This document shows, in pieces, positions 57,522 to 64,000 of a DNA stretch of 64,000 bases (position 1 is the stretch's first letter; the number at the start of each line of letters is the position of its first letter). The stretch lies in assembly GCA_958296135.2 (NCBI GenBank), contig CATQHZ020000001.1, forward strand, positions 4,160,001-4,224,000. The letters are read 5' to 3'. The translations under genes and the position numbers were made by a program. Source of the DNA: an uncultured Poribacteria bacterium (GTDB lineage: Bacteria > Poribacteria > WGA-4E > WGA-3G). Below the pieces are notes generated by a model. The model ran no database searches. It had not been told where the DNA came from and saw nothing but the letters and a program-made list of their open reading frames with translations.

Positions 57522-57740
57522 TCATCGCGGTTCTTCCCATTTGACGTTCTCGTAAATATCCGGTACGGGCAGCGCGCAGTTAATTGATGCCAGCCGCAGC
57601 ACCTCATCACGCGCTCGGAGTTCGCGCACTATCCACTCGGAGCCTCGGCGCAGGTAGTGTTCCACGCGAACCTCTTTTTGCGCGACGAGCACATATTCCC
57701 GTAGAGATGCCAATTGCCGATGCAGCCATTTTTTGTTTTT
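57522..57740 (-). pseudogene. C-terminal remnant of a Uma2-family endonuclease
   Basis: KKW..RQLASLREYVLVAQ...RVEHY.R....W......L.SI.C.LP...IYE.V; the 5' part is replaced by a REP array. Confidence 0.7.
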
Positions 57741-57745
57741 CCTAC

Positions 57746-57890
57746 GTGGTTTGGCCCGGCGCGGGACAGGCCCGCGCCCTACGGTTCTTGCGTCAACGTG
57801 GCCCGGCGCGGGGCAGGCCCTCGCCCTACGGTTCTTGCGTCAATGTGGCCCGGCGCGGGACAGGCCCTCGCCCTACGGTTCTTGTGTTAA
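57746..57890. repeat. 3 x ~47-nt tandem array of family A REP-like units
   Basis: TGGCCCGGCGCGGG(A/G)CAGGCCC(G/T)CGCCCTACGGTTCTTG repeated three times. Confidence 0.9.
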
Positions 57891-59092
57891 TCCAGCAAGA
57901 CGAGATTATCGCGATGGATAATCTCATCGTAATCGCGGTAGCCGAGGATTTTATCAATATCCTTCGTCTGCTTGCCGGCAAGTTGCGCCGTTTGGGTTGA
58001 GTTATAGTTGACAAGCCCGCGCGCAAACTCCCTTCCCCAGGTTGACGAAATGTCCGTGAAACACGAGACAGTATCGCCGTAGTCAAAATGTCCCTCAACG
58101 CGGCGAATGCCAACAGGCAGCAGACTTTTTCCGCCTTGCACGAGGGCATCCCGCGCGCCGTTATCGACTAACAGTCTACCTTTCGGCGGGCGCGAATAAG
58201 CAATCCACCGTTTCTTGCCAGCGATGCGCGATTGCGGCAGGAATAACGTGCCGAGACGTTCGCCTTTCAGGAGCCGCGTCACGACAAGCGGTTCACTCCC
58301 AGCTGCCAACACCATCATCTCCCCGGAGCCGGTGACAATCTCGGCGGCGCGCAGCTTCGTCAGCATGCCGCCCGTGCCCGCGCTGGTGCCCGCATCCCCC
58401 GCCGCCGCCCACATCTCCTCCGATATCGCGGCGACGGTATCAATGAGCTGCGTTTCCTGATGAAGCCGCGGATCGGCGGTATAAAACCCCGCCTGATCGG
58501 ACAAAATGACGAGGAGCTGTGCCTCGGCGAGGTTCGTTACGTAGGCAGACAGCGTATCATTATCGCCGACTTTGATTTCTTCCACCGCAACGGTATCATT
58601 CTCGTTGATAATCGGAATCACGCCGAGGTGGAGCAACGTCCGGAGCGTGTCGCTCATGCGGATGTAGCGTTTTCTGTCGGAGAAATCGTCCTGCGTGAGC
58701 AGCATCAGCGCGGCACGCTGCCCATAGTAACGAAACCGCTCTTCATACGCCGACATCAGCCGAATCTGTCCGACTGCGGCAGCCGCTTGCAACCCCGGTA
58801 ACGTCTGTGGACGCTGCCGAAAACCAAGCTGCGGCCACCCCGCCGCAATCGCACCCGACGTGACAAGGATTACCTCCACCCCATCTTGTTTGACAATCGC
58901 CAAGTCATGGACAAGCCCATCAAGGGCGGCCTCGTTGAGGTTCGCGCCCGTTGAAAGCGTGCTACTGCCTACCTTCACGACAAGGCGTTGCACCCGGGAG
59001 AGGTGCCGCTCGCTACGCGGCAAACTCAGGAGCTCTGGTTGCCCTACAGATTCCCGCACCGAGGGCTTTCCGCCTCCTTCACGACTCGCCAT
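57887..59092 (-). CDS. proB: Glutamate 5-kinase with PUA domain
   Basis: VVKVGSS, VTSGAIAAG, AAVGQ, PIINENDTV, GDND.L, GTGGM.TK, KSLLP.G. Start uncertain (59092 or GTG 59059). Confidence 0.96.
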   Translation of the reverse strand: MASREGGGKPSVRESVGQPELLSLPRSERHLSRVQRLVVKVGSSTLSTGANLNEAALDGLVHDLAIVKQDGVEVILVTSGAIAAGWPQLGFRQRPQTLPGLQAAAAVGQIRLMSAYEERFRYYGQRAALMLLTQDDFSDRKRYIRMSDTLRTLLHLGVIPIINENDTVAVEEIKVGDNDTLSAYVTNLAEAQLLVILSDQAGFYTADPRLHQETQLIDTVAAISEEMWAAAGDAGTSAGTGGMLTKLRAAEIVTGSGEMMVLAAGSEPLVVTRLLKGERLGTLFLPQSRIAGKKRWIAYSRPPKGRLLVDNGARDALVQGGKSLLPVGIRRVEGHFDYGDTVSCFTDISSTWGREFARGLVNYNSTQTAQLAGKQTKDIDKILGYRDYDEIIHRDNLVLLD

Positions 59093-60371
59093 GCAAGGCT
59101 CGGGGGCTGTATGTGAACTCGAATTCATCGATCTGGACTGTATCTCCTTCTACTGCGCCTGCGCGATGGAGCGCATTCATCACACCCATCTTTTTCAGTT
59201 TCCGATAGAGCAGAATCAACGCTTGCTCGTTCTCCATATCTGTCATGAGCACCGCGCGCCGCGGCTCCCCACCCCGGATAACGAAGCCGTCAGCCGTTTC
59301 GACAAGTTCAAAGCGCGCCCGCGGCTCTGATGGCAGCTTTGGTTCAAACGTCATCGTGGCTTCCGCCGCTGTTCGCGCGCGCGCCTCCAGATGCCGTAAC
59401 GAACGATACGCTTGATGCATCAAACGGTTCACGCCTTCACCCGTGATTGCCGAGATGGGGAAGACGGGCCGTTTGCCGAAATAGGCCTGCACGCGCGCCA
59501 AATTCGCCGCCGATTCTGGCATATCTATTTTATTCAAGGCGATGAGATGCGGCAACTCTGTCAACATTGCGTTGTAATGCCCCAACTCAAGATTCAGTTG
59601 CTCATAATCAGCAACCGGGTCCCGCCCATCTGTTGCACCCAGGTCAAGCACGTAAATCAACATTTTCGTGCGCTCAATATGGCGCAAAAATTGATGCCCG
59701 AGCCCTGCGCCTTTGTGCGCGCCCTCTATCAATCCGGGAATGTCTGCGAGGACAAAATTCTGCTCACGATTGATGCGGACTACCCCTAAATTCGGACGAA
59801 GCGTGGTAAACGGATACGCCGCGATTTTCGGCGTGGCGGCAGAGGTTCGCGCCAATAACGTCGACTTGCCTGCGTTCGGATACCCCACCAACCCGACATC
59901 GGCGATGAGTTTCACCTCAAGGCTTATCTCGCGTTCTTCCCCCGGCTCACCCTTTTCCGCGACGCGCGGGGCCTGGAACGTGCTGCTTTTAAAGCGAGCA
60001 TTGCCTTTGCCACCGATGCCGCCGCGGGCCACGACAACGCGCTGTGCCGGCACCGTCAAATCGGCGAGAACCTCCGCGGTGTCCAACGTTCTCACAATTG
60101 TGCCGACAGGGACTTTGACGATGCAGTCTGCGCCATCTGCGCCGTTACGCTGTTTGCCGGTGCCGTGCGCGCCGTTACCCGCGACTTGACGAGGGTTATG
60201 ACGAAAATCGATGAGTGTGCTCATGCCGAGCGTCGCGACGAAAATCACATCGCCACCGTGGCCGCCGCTGCCACCATCGGGCCCACCGCGCGGCACATAT
60301 TTTTCGCGACGGAAACTGATGCACCCGTTGCCGCCATTGCCGGCTTTGACTTCAATTTTGGCAGTGTCCAT
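59079..60371 (-). CDS. obgE: GTPase Obg
   Basis: Gly-rich Obg fold (FRREKYVPRGGPDGG), GYPNAGKST, YPFTT, DIPG, NKID. Confidence 0.97.
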   Translation of the reverse strand: MDTAKIEVKAGNGGNGCISFRREKYVPRGGPDGGSGGHGGDVIFVATLGMSTLIDFRHNPRQVAGNGAHGTGKQRNGADGADCIVKVPVGTIVRTLDTAEVLADLTVPAQRVVVARGGIGGKGNARFKSSTFQAPRVAEKGEPGEEREISLEVKLIADVGLVGYPNAGKSTLLARTSAATPKIAAYPFTTLRPNLGVVRINREQNFVLADIPGLIEGAHKGAGLGHQFLRHIERTKMLIYVLDLGATDGRDPVADYEQLNLELGHYNAMLTELPHLIALNKIDMPESAANLARVQAYFGKRPVFPISAITGEGVNRLMHQAYRSLRHLEARARTAAEATMTFEPKLPSEPRARFELVETADGFVIRGGEPRRAVLMTDMENEQALILLYRKLKKMGVMNALHRAGAVEGDTVQIDEFEFTYSPRALHGES

Positions 60372-60604
60372 TTTTTTGTTGTTCCTAGCGGTGGTTCAGC
60401 TGTGTCTATGAAAATAGCGGCTGCCTATCAGGCCGAACTCACGTTGTGAGTTCTTACCAACTTGTTGAACTTTTTGTTGTTCCTAGCGGTGGTTCAGCTG
60501 TGTCTATGAAAACAGCGGCTGCCTATCAGGCCGAACTCACGTTGTGAGTTCTTACCAACTTGTTGAACTTTTTTGTTGTTCCTAGCGGTGGTTCAGCTGT
60601 GTCT
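60372..60604. repeat. ~98-nt tandem repeat (about 2.4 copies) upstream of obgE
   Basis: CCTAGCGGTGGTTCAGCTGTGTCT recurs at 60384, 60482 and 60581; each full unit holds the hairpin GAACTCAC-GTT-GTGAGTTC followed by TTAC. Confidence 0.92.
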
Positions 60605-60660
60605 GTGTGTGCGCAGGGGACAGGCCCCCGCGCTACGGTGAATAAGGACGGTTAGCGTCT

Positions 60661-60867
60661 TTACACCGCCTCAAAACCGGCTTCCGTTATTGCCGCTGTA
60701 AGGTGGGCAGTTGTGACGCGCGTCTCGTCAAAGCGCACGTCGGCTTCGCCCTTCCGCAGGTTAACTTTGGCGCGCTGAACGCCTTCGACTTCTGTCAATG
60801 CCGCTGTCACCGTCTTCACGCAGTGTTGACAGGACATCCCGTTAATTTTGAGTTTTAGTTTTGTCAT
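60661..60867 (-). CDS. Heavy-metal-associated (CopZ-like) chaperone
   Basis: GMSCQHC motif, AI..AGF. Confidence 0.9.
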   Translation of the reverse strand: MTKLKLKINGMSCQHCVKTVTAALTEVEGVQRAKVNLRKGEADVRFDETRVTTAHLTAAITEAGFEAV

Positions 60868-61049
60868 GATGATACCTTCCTCGGAAAATTACGGCCACAT
60901 TCAGGGCACCGCCGCGTCTCTGTCCGAATAGCTAAACCGCAGTTTGGACAGACGCGCTTCGTCTGAAAACGGGTGGAGATACGTGAGATAAGGATTATCC
61001 CAAAAAAGAGGATGAGTAGGAACGCAACTTCCCAAAATCCGATATTCAC
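60864..61049 (-). CDS. Small membrane protein with zinc ribbon
   Basis: TM helix, then CPNCG...CPECG; ATGA overlap with the HMA gene; GGAG RBS. Confidence 0.7.
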   Translation of the reverse strand: MNIGFWEVAFLLILFFGIILISRISTRFQTKRVCPNCGLAIRTETRRCPECGRNFPRKVSS

Positions 61050-61143
61050 CTTTTGTTCTCCGCAGCTCCTGATAACGGGTTGTAAGCCCTAGTCATTCAA
61101 CGGTTCATTTTAACAATTGCGCAAGGACAGCCCCTCAACCGGG

Positions 61144-61983
61144 CTATGTGGCCAAGCCGCGCAAGGTTGCCAGATTCACCGCGTGCATCGTTTTCAATTC
61201 CGGCGTTTCAATGATGAGCGGCACCTCCGCAAACCGGGCATCATTGACGATGAACGCGAACGCCTCCAAACCGATGTTGCCTTTGCCGAGGTGCGCATGC
61301 CTGTCCACGCGGCTCTCATATTCCGATTTCGCATCGTTGAGATGAAACGCCTGCAACCGTTCCAAGCCGATAACCGCGTCAAACCGCGCAAAAACTGCCT
61401 CGCAATCCGCCGCCGTCCGCATATCGTAACCGGCGGCGAAGACGTGACACGTGTCAAAACAGACACCGAACCGCGCCGGATACCGCGACATCGCAATCAC
61501 ATCGCGCAGGTGCTCAAAGCGGTACCCGAGGTTTGTCCCTTGCCCAGCGGTGGTTTCAAGTAGCACAGTGACTTCCGGCGCATCGGTAGTTTCAAAGAGT
61601 TCGTCAAAACTTTCTGTCAGCCGTTTCAAACCGAAACGTTCGCCTTCGCCCAAATGCGCACCAAGGTGTGTGACGATGCCGCTGATGCCGAGCCGCGTCG
61701 CCAATTCCAGCTGCACCTGAAACTGCGCGCGCGACTTTGACAGCACATCCGGTTTCGGCGAGGCAAGATTGCTCAAGTGGATATCGTGCGCCACCACCTC
61801 GCGAATCGGCGACTCGCTCCACGCCGCCCTAAATTTTTTGAGCCCATCAGTGGCAATGGGTTTGGGTTTCCACTGGTTCGGATTTTGAAGAAAAATTTGT
61901 ATCGCATCACAGCGGAGTTTATCGCCGTTTTTGATGGCGTTGTGTAAACCGCCCGCTGTCGATACATGCGCACCAAGAATCAT
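61144..61983 (-). CDS. nfo: Endonuclease IV
   Basis: GAHVS.AGG, QIF..NP..W, LETTAGQG..LG, CFDTCH.FAAGY, HLND.K.....DRH, IETP. Confidence 0.95.
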   Translation of the reverse strand: MILGAHVSTAGGLHNAIKNGDKLRCDAIQIFLQNPNQWKPKPIATDGLKKFRAAWSESPIREVVAHDIHLSNLASPKPDVLSKSRAQFQVQLELATRLGISGIVTHLGAHLGEGERFGLKRLTESFDELFETTDAPEVTVLLETTAGQGTNLGYRFEHLRDVIAMSRYPARFGVCFDTCHVFAAGYDMRTAADCEAVFARFDAVIGLERLQAFHLNDAKSEYESRVDRHAHLGKGNIGLEAFAFIVNDARFAEVPLIIETPELKTMHAVNLATLRGLAT

Positions 61984-62058
61984 TTTTTTTGTATGTTCGC
62001 CAAGCGTCCGGTCAGTCAAGACCGCGCAGGGCACCCTCCTTTGCGTTTCGGTTTTTTT

Positions 62059-62237
62059 CGAGACCGGGAGGCTCTCTTACCGCAGGCAATCGAGACCGGG
62101 AGGTCTCTCCTACCGAAGGCAATCGAGACCAGGGGCTCTCCTACCGAAGGCAATCGAGACCAGGGGCTCTCCTACCGAAGGCAATCGAGACCAGGGGCTC
62201 TCCTACCGAAGGCAATCGAGACCAGGGGCTCTCCTAC
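62059..62237. repeat. 6 x 31-33-nt tandem array of REP-like family D
   Basis: CGAGACC(A/G)GG..CTCTCCTACCGAAGGCAAT units at 62059, 62091, 62124, 62155, 62186 and 62217; the minus strand begins GTAGGAGAG. Confidence 0.92.
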
Positions 62238-62297
62238 TGATGATGTCCTGAAACTTCATGCGAGCCCGACTACAGAAGTTAATCCGGTAAACAAGGG

Positions 62298-63347
62298 TTA
62301 GCATCGGTGCAAGGCAGTCTTCACACCGCGATGCGCGGCGGCATTCTCAAACGCCTCTAAGCCGCGCTCAATCGGGAACCGCGCGGTTAACAACGGCGCG
62401 AAATCTAACGCCTTTTCTATCAACAGCTGCCGCGATGCCGCAAGGCTTGCGCGCGAAAATGCCCACGATGCCATCAGTTTATGTCCATCGTAGTGAAACT
62501 GTTCTAAGTTAATGCGGAGTTCCTCGCCTTCCGGGGCGAGCCCGAAGAAATTGATGCACCCGCCTCGCCGCACAACGTCAAACGCGAGCGCGATGGCAGC
62601 AGCGTTGTTCGTCGTCGCTGAAATGACGGTGTCCACCCCACCGTGAGTAATGTCTCGGAGGTGCGCGACAGCGTCATCAGAGACATCAAACGCTGCATCG
62701 GCACCGACTTCTTCGGCGACGGTTCTGCGATGCACGAGCGGTTCCAGCATATACGTTGCTAAACCGCGTCGTTTTGCGAGCTGCGTTAACATCAATCCGA
62801 CCGGTCCCGCGCCGAGGATTGCGACGGTACCAGTAGGCGCGTCCTCCCGGCCGCAAGGGCTATCACCCAACGTCTCCTGCATCGCATTGAGACAACAGCC
62901 GAGGGGTTCAAGGAATAGCAGCACCTCTGCAGGAATAGTTTCCGGCACGCGGATGAGTTTGCCGGTATCCACACCGTGCTTTGGCATGCGGATGTATTCC
63001 GCGTAGCCGCCGTCAATGTCATGTCCGATGCCTTCGATGGTGTTGCAGTATTTATCCCGGTCATTTTTGCAGTCAAGACAAACGCCACAGGAAAGCATTG
63101 GATTGACGGTAACCTTCTCGCCTATTTTGACATCCGGGTGTCGGCTCTCCACAATGAACCCGGCAAGTTCATGTCCCATCACGACAGGGGGCGCGTAGTC
63201 GGATACGTCGCCTCGGAGGGCGGCCAGGTCGGATGCACAGATGCCGCACAGTTCCATCTGGATAAGCACATCGCCCGCGTCAAGCATCGGGATAGGTTTA
63301 TCTTCGATGCGCAGTTGGCCGATTTTTTCAAAAACGATGGTTTTCAT
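62298..63347 (-). CDS. Zinc-dependent MDR dehydrogenase (sorbitol/iditol dehydrogenase-like)
   Basis: CGICASD, GHE, CGVCLDC..C structural Zn site, GAGPVG. Confidence 0.9.
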   Translation of the reverse strand: MKTIVFEKIGQLRIEDKPIPMLDAGDVLIQMELCGICASDLAALRGDVSDYAPPVVMGHELAGFIVESRHPDVKIGEKVTVNPMLSCGVCLDCKNDRDKYCNTIEGIGHDIDGGYAEYIRMPKHGVDTGKLIRVPETIPAEVLLFLEPLGCCLNAMQETLGDSPCGREDAPTGTVAILGAGPVGLMLTQLAKRRGLATYMLEPLVHRRTVAEEVGADAAFDVSDDAVAHLRDITHGGVDTVISATTNNAAAIALAFDVVRRGGCINFFGLAPEGEELRINLEQFHYDGHKLMASWAFSRASLAASRQLLIEKALDFAPLLTARFPIERGLEAFENAAAHRGVKTALHRC

Positions 63348-63450
63348 GTTTTCATTTGTTGGAAACTACGGCGCGGGAAAACCTGTCCCTCGCGCGCGCT
63401 TCTTTCTCCCAGCACAGCGAGGGACAAACCCTCCTACGGAAACAAGGACA

Positions 63451-64000
63451 TTAGGAAAATTCATACGGCACAGTTTCCGCCTGATGTGTCTTAGAGGATT
63501 TCTCTGCCAAGTCCATCACGGCGATGACGCGGCGCGCCGATTCTGGCGTTACCAACAGCGGGGTGCCATCGTTCAAGTGCGCGACGATGTTCTGGTAATA
63601 ACTGGGGCCAGGGCGACCGTGGAACCCTACCATCTGCTCCTTCGGGTGTCCTTCCACTTCAGAGAGCACCTTGAACTGTCCATCGCCTGAAACAATCGCG
63701 CCGTGAGAACCGAGCAGTTTCCACCGCGGTCCGCCGATTTTCGCGATGTTTGACATTTGGATATTCGCCATGCACCCGTCTGCGAAGCGGATGATGGCTT
63801 GCACGTGGTCTTCGTTGGAAATGTCGTCCCAGACGAGGTTCGGCTGGTAGAACCCGGTGACGTTAATCATCGGTGCTTCAATGACGTTGAGCAACCAATC
63901 GAGGTAGTGCGCCCCCCAGTCGTAGAATTGCCCACCGGAGATGGCTTTCACGCTACGCCACCAATCCGGATTCGGTCTGCCGTATCCGCCGCCCCACATC
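63451..64000 (-). CDS. Gfo/Idh/MocA oxidoreductase, C-terminal part (5' end outside window)
   Basis: WWR.....GG..YDWG.H.LD, ED.......F..G, G..G motifs. Confidence 0.85.
   Translation of the reverse strand, partial: MWGGGYGRPNPDWWRSVKAISGGQFYDWGAHYLDWLLNVIEAPMINVTGFYQPNLVWDDISNEDHVQAIIRFADGCMANIQMSNIAKIGGPRWKLLGSHGAIVSGDGQFKVLSEVEGHPKEQMVGFHGRPGPSYYQNIVAHLNDGTPLLVTPESARRVIAVMDLAEKSSKTHQAETVPYEFS

Noticed and set aside
59017-59050. Possible further GTAG hairpin in the ProB N-terminal extension
   Set aside because: The palindrome is weak, there is only one loosely similar copy (about 37124), and the start codon is uncertain.
62059-62237. CRISPR array
   Set aside because: The units are contiguous with no unique spacers, and no cas genes are present.
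1-64000. Genome-wide TGA reassignment (genetic code 4 or 25)
   Set aside because: Several genes end at TGA at their expected C-termini (for example 10953, 39823, 41166), so the TGA at 36170 is a local case.
1-64000. RAYT/transposase, integrase, reverse transcriptase, tRNA or rRNA genes
   Set aside because: No HUH, DDE, tyrosine-recombinase or YxDD RT ORF, and no tRNA or rRNA signature, was recognised by eye.

Overview
A 64 kb bacterial chromosomal window. The C-terminal motif LLPNYPNPFNPETW...AAYWDGRN..GE.VASGVYFY on an LRR/YWTD surface protein suggests a sponge-associated Ca. Poribacteria-like host (inference). Housekeeping and metabolic genes include wzc/wza-like export genes, dnaE, radC, rlmB, iolC/iolD/eda, folE with a tandem PTPS and an SDR, livG/livF, lgt, proA/proB, obgE and nfo. 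There are also two solitary RM enzymes and a ~13 kb defence island (43.0-55.8 kb). Main discoveries: (1) Two track ORFs (36170-36973 and 35378-36112) are one reading frame interrupted by a single TGA. The TGA is followed by a hairpin with the GCAGGUCUGC top of the E. coli fdhF SECIS, making this a candidate new DUF4159-like selenoprotein. (2) At least four families of GTAG/GTAA-initiated REP-like palindromes saturate the intergenic DNA and also sit in-frame inside at least six intact-looking genes. (3) The island encodes an Avs-like nuclease-STAND protein, a HEPN-DUF499 ATPase, an antitoxin plus a MazF/PemK-like toxin with an internal helical/TPR insertion, a DUF1156 methyltransferase frameshifted at a C9 tract, and a GIY-YIG nuclease. 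(4) dnaE and obgE share an almost identical ~31-nt leader ending in their start codons. No rRNA, tRNA, CRISPR array or transposase gene was recognised. All calls come from reading motifs by eye, with no database searches.
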